DNA from: Macrostomum lignano
Lineage: Eukaryota
NCBI GenBank assembly: GCA_002269645.1
Contig: NIVC01002114.1
Coordinates: forward strand, 85,441 to 149,440
DNA length: 64,000 nucleotides
Direction: 5' to 3'
How positions within the stretch are numbered: the first letter of the stretch is position 1; each line of letters begins with the position of its first letter. Shown here in pieces: positions 37,863 to 49,285 of the stretch. The position numbers and the translations under genes were made by a program. The notes under the pieces are model-generated. The model did not search any database and had not been told where the DNA came from. It worked only from the letters and a program-made list of their open reading frames with translations.

Positions 37863-40283
37863 AGTTTCGTCCGTCTTGTTTTCACTTGTGTGTACATGGA
37901 GTTAAATGCTTGTTATTCATTCTTAACCCCACAGTGCTACTGAGGCCGCAAACTCTGAAGGAAAGGAAATTTTAGCCGCCGGCCACAATAAATTTTTAGG
38001 GCACCTCCGCAGGCATACTACTGAAAAAAAGACTAAAACATACGCTCTGCTTTTTCACAACTTCAATTGCGAGTGACATATCTACGGGCTAGGTATTTTA
38101 GTACCTACTACGCTAGTATATGGTCGCAACAGTTTCAAAAGAAGTTTCCATCAAAAAAGCCAAATCTTAAATGACTGATGATATTTGTACAGTACATGTA
38201 CATACATTTACTCTTGCTCCTGTCCCTATTTTTAAAGTTTTAATTCGATTCTACCATAAGATAAAAGCTTTCCTAACAAATGCACAATCCAATCGTACGT
38301 GTTTTGTAAACTATAATTCAATAACTTAATGTCACGCTGAATTCACGTGTATTTCTTCATTATGAGGTGCACAATGTATAGACTTTAACACATGCTACGC
38401 CACCTTTGTTGCGATTGATGTATTGTTTCTTTTCCTGTGCATCCATCCCGTACAACGTAGCGACGTCCGCTAATTTGGATCCGACGTACCAATGCGAGGT
38501 CGATGGATCGATGTCGCTGGATAAAATTGCTATTCTTAAATTGCAACAGCGAATAAAGACGCATAGGTGGGCCGAACATACATGTATATGGTGTGATAAG
38601 ACTCATACCCATTTTCAAGCGCTGCGCCAAAACGCCAAAACGTCCATTTACTGTTACGGTACTTAATTGCTTCTTTTTAGCGTCTTGACTGTGTCTATCA
38701 ATGTTATGTTTTTGTGTGCTTTTATTGTACTTTATGCATGCATGTAAAAAGGGCACGATGTACATGGTATTACCGAAATAACTAAAAACACGATGATAAC
38801 ATATAGCATGAACATGCAACTATCAAATAACGTGTGAAGAATTTACGAAAGTCTTCCTACATGTTTATTACATGTAACTTAATGTGCACGGATCATTGCG
38901 ACGCTATAATTATTGCATTTTTGCGATTCGAATCATGCAAATTTTACTGTACTTAAGTCGCATCGTGTAAATGTACAATATGCAGATTTGGATTTATTTT
39001 ATTGCACAAAATTCATGTTTGTTTCACGAAAATAAAGGAGCTGGGACAATTAATGTCACTCAATCCAGCCCAATCGGAATACGCATGCTGCCAAAAAGTA
39101 GGGAGAAAAAGTGATAATTTTTCGTTTTACCAGGCCCGCGCGCGTGCTCATTAAATATAGTTATACTGCTGTTTTTCTTGGAAGATCCGAACCGATTCTG
39201 ATTCTGGAGTTGGTAATATGTGAGTGGGGGCAGAGAATTAAAGAAAAATAGTTTTTTTAGGGGTAAGTTGGTAAAGTATGCAATGCTCTGAGGTGGAGGT
39301 TTCAGTTAGCATGCAAGCAATTAATTATTAATATTCGAGTATTATTCGAGTATTATTTCACGTGAAATAATTAGTTATTTCAGTTATTTGTAAAAGTTAT
39401 TGTTGTTACTGTTATATTGTAAACTGTACTGGGGTGTAGGCGGTTTTCTAATGTTTGAATTGCCGCCTGCGAATTGTCTCGGCACTCGGAAAGCCGGAAA
39501 ATTTCTCGAGTTGATGCACTGATTTTTCTCCTTGGTTACTACGTCTGCCGGGGTCCTCAATTCCGGGGGGAGGGTAGTTGTAATCGCAGTCGAGTGGTCT
39601 TTTAGCGGCACGGTTGTTCAAATTGGGTCCTCAGACACCGTAAAATTCGTGATCTGTCGATATGCTCGATTTGTTACTATCAGTAGTAAAGTAGCGCTGC
39701 CACCACCGTAATTTCGTATTACGGAACGATAAGGGTCTCAGAGCTTTCTTTGAGTTGAGACTAATTGGTTATTTTACGCCCCCGCGGGCAAATGACTCAA
39801 TATAGACTAAAGGCTTCGATTAAGTACAACTGAATAAATATTAGATGATTGGTTATAATTATTATTATTATGTTCGCAAGGTAATTGTTAAAGCAAATTA
39901 TGTTTATTAGAGATATTGAAACAAGTTATTAAGCTGACTATGACGGGGTGATTCGGCGTGGACCGAGAGTTGCTCAGACTAAGTTAAATTTCTGCGGTAA
40001 GCCCAAAATATCAAACAAATGAACTAATTAACTCCACAAAAGACAAAACACGGGGAAGGAGGGAAGAAGGGAAGAAACACCAAAACAAACACGCTTAAAA
40101 AAGAGAGCGACAGGCAAACGGTTACATACATCAAAATTCGCTTACTTCAAAGAGGGGAACAAAGAGGGGAACACCGGGTGGGGCACAAGCACAAGCTGGA
40201 AAAAAGGGGGCAAAACCCGGGAAAAACATTAAAACAAGGGCGGGACCAAGGGAAGGAGCAGCAGGGGGAACAAAGGTGGGAAC

Positions 40284-43200
40284 GGAACGGGGGCCTACGG
40301 CCGACCTTCAAGAGGTGCCCCTGTTCTTAACTAACGGACCGTACCACCACCGAGCCTGCGAAGAAGACCAAGAGAACGCGTCGAACTCCGAAAACCTTCT
40401 ATCCGTCATGCGACTCCGCGGCGGCAACAGTGATATCTCAGTCCACCGCCGCCGGCCGCGTAGGAGACACAGGAGAGCAGCGTCGCGCAAAGCCGAGCCG
40501 GTCCAAGAGCTCCTCGTGCAGTTTAACTGCAATGGCATCAAAAGCCGTAATACGGAGCTGGCCCACAGGCTGGCCTCCCTGCGCCCCGCCGCTATACTCC
40601 TTCAGGAAACCAAGCTTAAGAAAGAAGAAGATTATAACCCGCCGCGGGGATACGTGGTGGCCTCCAGGGAAGACGGAGTGCATAACGCCGGCCCCGATGA
40701 CCGCGCTGTCGTGACACCTGCTCACCCAAATCGGCCACCCGACACTGACGGTACAGGCACCGCCGGGACACGACGCCGTACCAACCCGCGCTGCCGGCTG
40801 AGATTCCCAGGACTCCGCGAAAACTGGTGCGCCGGATGTCGCAGCGGCCGTACCGCCTGCAGCGTCCGTTTCACACCATGGCATGGCGCAGACAACCAAT
40901 CTGTTCAAACCAGTGCATCCGGACGAGAAACCACCAGCACGCCACCGCCAGCCCAGTCCACTATCCCAAAAACCAACAAAAAAATTACAGGACGGGGAGG
41001 TACTATGGTGCTCGTCCGCGATGACGTCCAGTACGACAGACTCAAAGTCGATAGAGAACACGACCTCCTGGACGTTGCCACCTGCCGCATCCGCCTCAAA
41101 GGACAGCAGCCGATCGTGATAGCATCTATCTATGCACCACCATCCAGCTGCCAACGTCCCGATAACACCTGGCAACCCAGCTTCACCAATCTCCCGACTA
41201 CCGGTAGAGTCATCCTCGGAGGCGACTACAACGCACACGGAAGCTGGGACCGCCACATTGATGAAGATCTCAGAGGCCAGACCGTCGACGAGTGGGTCGC
41301 CCGCAATGGGCTCGTCATCTGCAATACCACCTGCCACACACGCACCTGCCCCAGTACTGGCCGCCTCAGTAGCCCAGACGTGACCATCTGTAGTAGCACC
41401 ATTGCCGGATCCATCACGGACTCCTGGAAGACGCTACCAGACTGGGGAAGCGATCACCTGCCGATCGTTTTCGGCCTCCCAGCCTCTAACACCGGAAAGA
41501 CCCGTCACTGCGGGCAAAAACGCTGGATCTATAAGAAGGCAGACTGGGGAGCCTTCAGGGAGTCGCTAAATACCTGGGCAGAATCCGAACGCAACGACAC
41601 CACCTTAAACACAGAGGCCACACGCCTTGCCGAAGCCATCCTGAACGCAGCAAGACTTGCCATCCCGCGCAGCTCCGGGAAAGAGACGAGACGCCTGCCG
41701 TTCTGGAACGACGCCTGCGAAGAGGCCTCCAAAGCTACACGTTCCGCGAGACAATCCGCAGAAAAAGAACCGACACCAGAAAATATTATTGCCGCAAACA
41801 GAGCCCGCCACAACGCCTCAGGCTGTCTCCGGAGGGAGAAAAAAGCCTTCCTGTTCGACAAAGCGGCAAATTTCAGCCAGGACTCGGACATTTTTGGCTT
41901 ACTCCGCGCACTGAGAGGCGATGGTTTTAAAACTCCGGACCCGGCTGCCATCGTCAGGGCCGCCTCCCCAGACTCGCCGGAGCGCACCGCCCGCACTAAC
42001 AAAGAGAAGGCCGAACTCTTTTGCCAACTCTACGCCGAAGTTAGCCGAGTCCCCAGACGGAAAAATGACTCGGCCATCAGATACAAAGCGAACGAGGCCA
42101 CCACGCCTATGGGTGACCCCCAAACAGACGGCCCGGACGCCCCTTTCGAGATCGACGAGCTCCGCGCCGCTATCCGATGTCTCAAATCAGGGAAGGCTGT
42201 GGGAACCGACGGTGTCTCCAACGAGATGCTTAAACGCCTCCCGCCGGCCGCTGACAAAGCCTTACTCAGCCTCATCAACCGCACCTGGCGGGAGGGCAAA
42301 ACACCGACCAGCTGGCGAATTGGCACCATTATACCGATCCAGAAAAAAGGGAAAGACGCCGCATCACCGGATAACTACCGCCCCGTCGCACTTACCAGCT
42401 GCATCGCCAAGTGCGCGGAGCGCATGGTTCTGGCTCGTCTTAATTATGATCTGGAGAGCCGTGGCGGCCTCACGCCCACTCAAGCTGGTTTTCGTCGCGG
42501 TCGTAGCACCGAGGAACAGCTCGCGCGAGTCTGCCAAGCCATTTTTGACGGCCTCGAGAGTCTACCGGCGCTACGCAGCATCCTCTGCCTCCTCGACTTC
42601 TGCCGAGCGTATGACAGAGTCTGGCGCCTGGCCCTGTATGCCAAAATGCACCGCATGGGCATCCCCAAGCGCATCATCCGCTGGATCCGCGGCTTCCTGT
42701 CGGACCGTCACAACGCAGTCCGCTGGGTTAACGCCACGAGCCGCAACAGAGTCTTCCGCGAAGGTCTGCCACAGGGCAGTGTGCTAGCGCCCACGCTGTG
42801 GAATATCTATGTCAACGATTTAGCCCAAGCAGTCGCCGAGGCGAACCCTTTGGTTAGCCTCAGTCTCTACGCCGATGACTCGGCCTTACTGGCGACCGCT
42901 CGCACACTCGACATCTGTGCCAGAGAACTCCAACCAGCCCTGGATGCAGTGGCCGACTGGTGCCGAGATTGGAAAGTCTCCATTAGCACTGGGAAATGCT
43001 GCTACTCCACCTTCACTCTAGCGGCAAATGAAAACAACGGCAAACGGAGAGTGAACCTCCAGATCAACGGCGACAAGCTTGCCTTCGATCCAACACCGAC
43101 CTTCCTGGGACTCACTCTTGACGACAGCCTAAGTTTCAGCCACCATGCATCAAAGATCCGTAAAAAGATGGCCGCCCGCAGAAGACCTCTCACTGCCCTC

Positions 43201-44647
43201 GCTACCAGATCGGCCGGTGCGGACAGTCAGATCCTCCGCATGGCTTACATCGCCACCGTTCGCTCTGTTGCCGACTACGCGTGCGGGGTCTGGGGGTCTT
43301 TCACTGCAGCCAGCTCTAAGCTGCTGATCGACCGCCAACAGCACAGCTGTGCGCGGATCATCACTGGGTGCCTCCAACTTACTCACATCCGGGACCTGCT
43401 TGCGGTGGCGAACCTGTCGCCCTTCAGCCATCTGGTGCTACAACGTAGTGCGACGCTCAGAGAAAGAATCCTACGTCTCCCGCAGGACACTCCAGCACTT
43501 CAGGTCGCCAAAATGGACACCCGACCACGACTGAAGAATCGAGCCTTTGAGAGCCACCAGAGAACACCGAGAGACCCAAAGGACATCGTCACCGTCCTCC
43601 ACGACTACCAGCGAGAACACCGTGGTTGCTGGCGCCGCGTTAGCCAAGAGCTCGACAGACAGGGGCTGCTCAACGGCCCCACCAGGGAGCCCGCTCCGCA
43701 GCTCCAGCCGCCGTGGACGGCCCACGAAGCGATCACTTTCGACCTCAGTTTGGCTACGCAGTGCAGCCGCAGCCAGCCCCAGAGCCTCCGCAGCGATACT
43801 GCACTGAGGTACCTCGAGGAGCGCGGCTCCCACCCGGTCAGCGTTTGGACTGACGGCTCGGCCGCCGGCGGCACATCGGACGGCACCAGCGCAGCGGTGA
43901 TCATCACCCCATGCTGGGGTCGGGTCGTCACCAGCGCTGCAGGGAACATCTGCAGCAGCACCCAGGCGGAACTTCAAGCCATACTGCTTGCCATCCAGAA
44001 TACCAGAGAGCATCAATGTATCGACATCTTCACTGACTCCCAGGCGGCCATTTACAACATCATGGCGGGCCAGCGCAGCAACAGCAGAATCGTCTCCGAA
44101 ATTTGGAACCAGAGTAGCGATCACTCCATCCGCATCACCTGGATACCGGCTCACTGCGGCATCCCCATGAACGAACGCGCAGATAGGGCGGCAAGACTGG
44201 CGACCGCAGATCAGAGCGACCATGGTGTCCCCATCATGGCAGCCAGCGCTTACCTCTGCCGGGAAAGACGTGATCTAGACCTTGAGCTTTGGGGCCGTAA
44301 GGCGCCATGGCCAAGACTCCCAACCTTGCCGAGGAAATTTGAGGTCCTGGTCAACCAGCTCCGCGCCGGCTGCAGCAACCTTGCCGCCGCCACTAGACTC
44401 CGACTCGGCCTGTCCGACTCCGACTCCGACGTGTGCCCGGACTGCGGAGCTCGCGACACCGAGCAGCACATTCTTTTCGACTGCCCACGAGGGTTCGCGG
44501 CCCGCCCCGGCGAACAAGACGCACTCCTGGTTGACGCGAGCCTCACCATCAACCTTCTTCGCAGGCTGGGGCGCATCTAGCGCCCCCGTCTCTTGCAGCT
44601 CAGCTGACATCGAGACGTGCGGTGCAGAGAGAGAGAGAGAGAGAGAG
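40284..44647 (+). mobile_element. Non-LTR retrotransposon, I-group (Ingi-like single-ORF organisation), apparently recent
   Basis: Identical 12-bp TSD AAAGGTGGGAAC at 40272-40283 and 44648-44659; (GA)n tail at ~44626-44647; uninterrupted ORF. Confidence 0.92.
40408..44580 (+). CDS. APE endonuclease - reverse transcriptase - RNase H - CCHC polyprotein (1390 aa from the first ATG)
   Basis: APE: QFNCNG, LLQETKL, SIYAPP, GDYNAH, SPDVT, SDHLPI. RT: YRPVALTS, QAGFR, LPQGSVLAP, YADD, FLG. RNase H: WTDGS, AELQAI, TDSQA, WIPAHCGIPMNERAD. C-terminal CPDC..EQHILFDC. Confidence 0.95.
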   Translation: MRLRGGNSDISVHRRRPRRRHRRAASRKAEPVQELLVQFNCNGIKSRNTELAHRLASLRPAAILLQETKLKKEEDYNPPRGYVVASREDGVHNAGPDDRAVVTPAHPNRPPDTDGTGTAGTRRRTNPRCRLRFPGLRENWCAGCRSGRTACSVRFTPWHGADNQSVQTSASGRETTSTPPPAQSTIPKTNKKITGRGGTMVLVRDDVQYDRLKVDREHDLLDVATCRIRLKGQQPIVIASIYAPPSSCQRPDNTWQPSFTNLPTTGRVILGGDYNAHGSWDRHIDEDLRGQTVDEWVARNGLVICNTTCHTRTCPSTGRLSSPDVTICSSTIAGSITDSWKTLPDWGSDHLPIVFGLPASNTGKTRHCGQKRWIYKKADWGAFRESLNTWAESERNDTTLNTEATRLAEAILNAARLAIPRSSGKETRRLPFWNDACEEASKATRSARQSAEKEPTPENIIAANRARHNASGCLRREKKAFLFDKAANFSQDSDIFGLLRALRGDGFKTPDPAAIVRAASPDSPERTARTNKEKAELFCQLYAEVSRVPRRKNDSAIRYKANEATTPMGDPQTDGPDAPFEIDELRAAIRCLKSGKAVGTDGVSNEMLKRLPPAADKALLSLINRTWREGKTPTSWRIGTIIPIQKKGKDAASPDNYRPVALTSCIAKCAERMVLARLNYDLESRGGLTPTQAGFRRGRSTEEQLARVCQAIFDGLESLPALRSILCLLDFCRAYDRVWRLALYAKMHRMGIPKRIIRWIRGFLSDRHNAVRWVNATSRNRVFREGLPQGSVLAPTLWNIYVNDLAQAVAEANPLVSLSLYADDSALLATARTLDICARELQPALDAVADWCRDWKVSISTGKCCYSTFTLAANENNGKRRVNLQINGDKLAFDPTPTFLGLTLDDSLSFSHHASKIRKKMAARRRPLTALATRSAGADSQILRMAYIATVRSVADYACGVWGSFTAASSKLLIDRQQHSCARIITGCLQLTHIRDLLAVANLSPFSHLVLQRSATLRERILRLPQDTPALQVAKMDTRPRLKNRAFESHQRTPRDPKDIVTVLHDYQREHRGCWRRVSQELDRQGLLNGPTREPAPQLQPPWTAHEAITFDLSLATQCSRSQPQSLRSDTALRYLEERGSHPVSVWTDGSAAGGTSDGTSAAVIITPCWGRVVTSAAGNICSSTQAELQAILLAIQNTREHQCIDIFTDSQAAIYNIMAGQRSNSRIVSEIWNQSSDHSIRITWIPAHCGIPMNERADRAARLATADQSDHGVPIMAASAYLCRERRDLDLELWGRKAPWPRLPTLPRKFEVLVNQLRAGCSNLAAATRLRLGLSDSDSDVCPDCGARDTEQHILFDCPRGFAARPGEQDALLVDASLTINLLRRLGRI

Positions 44648-45946
44648 AAAGGTGGGAACAACCAAGGGAAAGTTAATAATCCTTCAAGGGAGCCGTCGGT
44701 GACGTCAACTGTCACTCCTCCGGAGGGAGACGTTGCGCTGTCGCAACCGCTGCCTGAACCCAGTGGTAGACCGGCCTACCACATATGAAAAGCCTCAAGG
44801 AAAGCACCGCATAGTGTCGGTTTACAGTTATTCAGCAAGGACAACTTAAGGAGAGGGGGCTTTTCATATTGCTTGCTCTGGTTCCAGAAGAACCAATTTG
44901 TGAAGTATAACTTTTTGTCTCCATAACTAGGGGGAGATACGTGCTATAAAGTTTTTATTATTGAATGACAATCGCCAAAAAGAAAGTGAAAAATTGTGCT
45001 AAGTTAGGTTGTTAAGGCAGTCAAATATTAACAGAGTTTAATAGTTCTACTGTTGTTTTTCTTGGAATTCCGAACCGATTCTGGTTCTGGAATTGGTAAT
45101 ATGAAAAGGTCCAAGGACGGGAAACCTCGTTTCTTAGAAAATTTTAGAAGGCAGGTTTTCCCGAAAAAGTACACTATACGTCGGAGATAGGCAGGTTTTC
45201 CCGAAAAAGTACACTATACGCCTGTTCAAAATTCAGTGTCAAAATAATTTACCGAACGGAAGTGTAGGATTGCCGAAGCTTTCATTTTTTCAGCACAAAA
45301 ATTGCTATTGCTTTTGATAGGAGGCAGATCCAGTGTTCATATTTTGATATGTTGTGCCTTTCTTAATGCCCTATTGATATTCATAAAGTTTTTCGTTCAA
45401 AGAATTAGGATTCTAGGTGAATCTTTTATTCTACGTACATTTCCTGTACCTAAAAATCATAAAAATGCATGGCCATGGCACAGCTCGAATATTTGGTTTT
45501 ATGAATCCATTTTATCATCTCTGTTACAAATATTTGTTACAGAGTCAGCTAAGAATGATAAAATAGACTCATAAAACCAAAGAGCTGAGCCGCGCCATTA
45601 TAATGGTTTTTAGGCACAAGATATATATATATATGTGCAAATATGTACATAGAAAAAAAATTCACATAAAATCCTAATTCTTTAAATAAAGTTCAAGAAG
45701 GCCTGAAATGGCAGCAGACAAAATGGCAGCAGATGAAACGACTGTCAACCATAACTATTGCATATTGGTGTACTACAAGAACTAGAAGGTATATGCCCTG
45801 TAGGAACTATTGAATAATTTAAAAAAATACTATTTTCTGTGATGTGTAGGATGTCAAGTGTATAGCCTCTAAATTGCAATTGGGATTGGAGAGAAACAGC
45901 TCACTAGGCCTATATCAGGGCCATTGTTCATATTGTATATAGCCTA

Positions 45947-46906
45947 TGCTATGCTAGGTCTAATGCTGTAAAAATTATAAGATTTCACAATTTTTCTGGC
46001 CTAATTTTATAATTAGTAATTTATTAATAATATTACTATTTAGCTAATTATAGCTTTATATTATATATAAAAATCAAATTTAAAATTTAAAAAATAAACA
46101 ATAAAATAGACTCCTTTCTTCAATACTCTAATGCTAAACATTATATTAGCATCAGTGACAATGGCAATCTCTATAAGGGATTGGTCTTAGTCTCTTGTTA
46201 GCCCAAAAGAGCAATTAAAAACTAGCTAAATAAATAGTAGAGCTATATGGCTTTGACCATATTTGGACATGTAGGTACAGGTAAGAATTGACTATGATCA
46301 GGGTCATGATCATGACAAAAATGGTGATCTTTCATATTAGATATAGCCTATAGGGGCCTATTTAATTTTTTTTGTTAATTTCTTATATAATTTTTTATAA
46401 GTTCTATCTTTAATGTCTACAGTTTACAATCAATGTAATAATAAGATAGAAAGCTAATACCCTAACTAAGATTTTGAAATCAAGGGTGAAGTAACTAAAA
46501 AGGTCAGAGTTTTAATCAAAGAAATATCATTTTTATGATTATTTGCTTTATCTATATTCATATCTTGTTCCATATGGGGAAATCCAAAAATCGGGGGCAA
46601 GTTTTATGAAAATTCGTTTTTTGGCAATTTGAAAGCAATAAAGCTATAAAATAAATTTATTCAAGTTTTTAAAACGTTAAAAAGTCTATTAAAGCACAAA
46701 TTATTTTCGTATAGCTTTATTTTTAATAAAATGATTTGTTAAAACGGTAAGTTTAATTACGACCTAAAATGAGTCTAATGAAAATGATTGAAAAGCTATA
46801 ATAATGTATTTTATTAACTTTAACTATCTTATAATGTTACACTCTATAATTCTACAACATATTTAACATTATTTTAAGGTTTTATTTGTTTATCACTTTC
46901 GTTACT
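45947..46906. repeat. Segment A copy 1 (960 bp, AT-rich), duplicated at 47724-48683
   Basis: Same sequence from TGCTATGCTAGGTC to CACTTTCGTTACT at offset 1777. Confidence 0.92.
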
Positions 46907-47006
46907 AATCTAATATCAATTTCGTTACCATTAGCTTAATAGCCTACTTGCAGTAGGAAATTAGTGCATAGTTTAAATAACCAAATTTCTTTAATCTTTA
47001 CTGCAG

Positions 47007-47603
47007 CAGATTCTGTCGAAAACCTGCGGATTCTGCCATTGTCAACTTGTTGGCATTGGCCGCCTCCTAGGTAGAAGCTTTGCAACTGCTCAGTCGCAGA
47101 CTCAAGTCCTGAAAGATGGCTCAGAGATTCTAGTTTACAATGTGCCAGTACGTAGTCGGCTGCGCAGATTTCAACAACTCTATGCTGGATTAGCAGCCAG
47201 CGGTATCATCATTGCTAGCAGTAGCAGCGGTCTGTTGGCTTACTACCAGCTGTACAAAGGCAAACGAAACGAACTGTTAAGTTGGATGTGCACTATTAGT
47301 CTGACAATTGTACTGCCAGCATCTGCTTATTTTGCTCATCGCAGTCTGATTGCGCCGAAACGCGTGGTTCGTAGTGTGTTGCTTAGCCCCGATGGGGCTA
47401 CGGTGACAGTTATTCCACTAAGCATGCTGTTTAAGAAGCCTGTTATCGCTCCGGTGTCTAGCCTAGCCATCTCAGATATTGGCCACAGGCATGTTAAATT
47501 TACTATTAAAAAGCCTGGCGGACCAATCAAGTTTAGTCTGTTAACTGAGACTGTATTTATCCAGCATCGACCGTTGTTTCGTAAACTGTTTAGAGCTAGC
47601 TGA
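47007..47603 (+). CDS. TMEM223-like (TMEM70/186/223 family) mitochondrial membrane protein, copy 1; no genomic ATG found
   Basis: Frame open from acceptor CTGCAG at 47006; presequence-like N-terminus (..GRLLGRSFATAQ), two hydrophobic helices, then RVVRSVLLSPDGATVTV resembling TMEM223 RSVRSVVLRAGGQQV; AATAAA at 47648. Confidence 0.6.
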   Translation, partial: QILSKTCGFCHCQLVGIGRLLGRSFATAQSQTQVLKDGSEILVYNVPVRSRLRRFQQLYAGLAASGIIIASSSSGLLAYYQLYKGKRNELLSWMCTISLTIVLPASAYFAHRSLIAPKRVVRSVLLSPDGATVTVIPLSMLFKKPVIAPVSSLAISDIGHRHVKFTIKKPGGPIKFSLLTETVFIQHRPLFRKLFRAS

Positions 47604-47723
47604 TTTTATCTGACTGCAGAGAAATGTTTGATAATTTGTGTGCTAGCAATAAATTAGTAGCACAACCGTTTGTAAAAAGTGCTCAGTTTTTGACCAATAG
47701 ATACGAGAATAATAAGATAAAAG

Positions 47724-48683
47724 TGCTATGCTAGGTCTAATGCTGTAAAAATTATAAGATTTCACAATTTTTCTGGCCTAATTTTATAATTAGTAATTTA
47801 TTAATAATATTACTATTTAGCTAATTATAGCTTTATATTATATATAAAAATCAAATTTAAAATTTAAAAAATAAACAATAAAATAGACTCCTTTCTTCAA
47901 TACTCTAATGCTAAACATTATATTAGCATCAGTGACAATGGCAATCTCTATAAGGGATTGGTCTTAGTCTCTTGTTAGCCCAAAAGAGCAATTAAAAACT
48001 AGCTAAATAAATAGTAGAGCTATATGGCTTTGACCATATTTGGACATGTAGGTACAGGTAAGAATTGACTATGATCAGGGTCATGATCATGACAAAAATG
48101 GTGATCTTTCATATTAGATATAGCCTATAGGGGCCTATTTAATTTTTTTTGTTAATTTCTTATATAATTTTTTATAAGTTCTATCTTTAATGTCTACAGT
48201 TTACAATCAATGTAATAATAAGATAGAAAGCTAATACCCTAACTAAGATTTTGAAATCAAGGGTGAAGTAACTAAAAAGGTCAGAGTTTTAATCAAAGAA
48301 ATATCATTTTTATGATTATTTGCTTTATCTATATTCATATCTTGTTCCATATGGGGAAATCCAAAAATCGGGGGCAAGTTTTATGAAAATTCGTTTTTTG
48401 GCAATTTGAAAGCAATAAAGCTATAAAATAAATTTATTCAAGTTTTTAAAACGTTAAAAAGTCTATTAAAGCACAAATTATTTTCGTATAGCTTTATTTT
48501 TAATAAAATGATTTGTTAAAACGGTAAGTTTAATTACGACCTAAAATGAGTCTAATGAAAATGATTGAAAAGCTATAATAATGTATTTTATTAACTTTAA
48601 CTATCTTATAATGTTACACTCTATAATTCTACAACATATTTAACATTATTTTAAGGTTTTATTTGTTTATCACTTTCGTTACT
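47724..48683. repeat. Segment A copy 2
   Basis: Matches 45947-46906. Confidence 0.92.
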
Positions 48684-48757
48684 CTTGACAACGTGCATTT
48701 TGTAGAGTTCGTTTGCAATAAATTGTATTCAACGTAAGTTTATTATTTAAACATACA

Positions 48758-49285
48758 AATTCCCGTAAGGATCGGAAAATTGCATTTTACTCAGCTTCTA
48801 CTAAAGCGATTTGGAAAATTCTTTTTTTCCTGCATACACGCCGCGATGATACATGTTTTAGTGTAATTTCATTGTTCTTCGTCGCTTAATAAGCATACAG
48901 TAAGCATCTGATTTGGAAGCCGGGTAACACATTGGAATTCCCATAAGGATTGGAAAATTGCATTTTACTCAGCTTCTACTGAAGCGATTTGGAAAATTCT
49001 TTTTTTCCTGCATACACGCCGCGATGATACATGTTTTAGTGTAATTTCATTGTTCTTCGTCGCTTAATAAGCATACAGTAAGCATCTGATTTGGAAGCCG
49101 GGTAACACATTGGAATTCCCATAAGGATAGGAAAATTGCATTTTACTCAGCTTCTACTGAAGCGATTTGGAAAATTCTTTTTTTCCTGCATACACGCCGC
49201 GATGATACATGTTTTAGTGTAATTTCATTGTTCTTCGTCGCTTAATGAGCATACAGTAAGCATCTGATTTGGATGCCGGGTTCAC
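48758..49285. repeat. 178-bp tandem repeat, 3 copies
   Basis: ATTCCC.TAAGGAT.GGAAAATTGC at 48759, 48937 and 49115. Confidence 0.92.

Noticed and set aside
38385-38819. Short ORFs 38406-38666 (+) and 38385-38819 (-)
   Set aside because: No recognisable motif or supporting splice structure.
40284-40400. Canonical HDV-like ribozyme or 2A peptide at the LINE 5' end
   Set aside because: A P1-like stem is present but there is no HDV L3/P1.1 consensus, and no DxExNPGP in the ORF.
40438-44788. Antisense and alternate-frame ORFs over the LINE (and 5947-7417 over the RTE)
   Set aside because: Expected shadows of GC-rich coding sequence.
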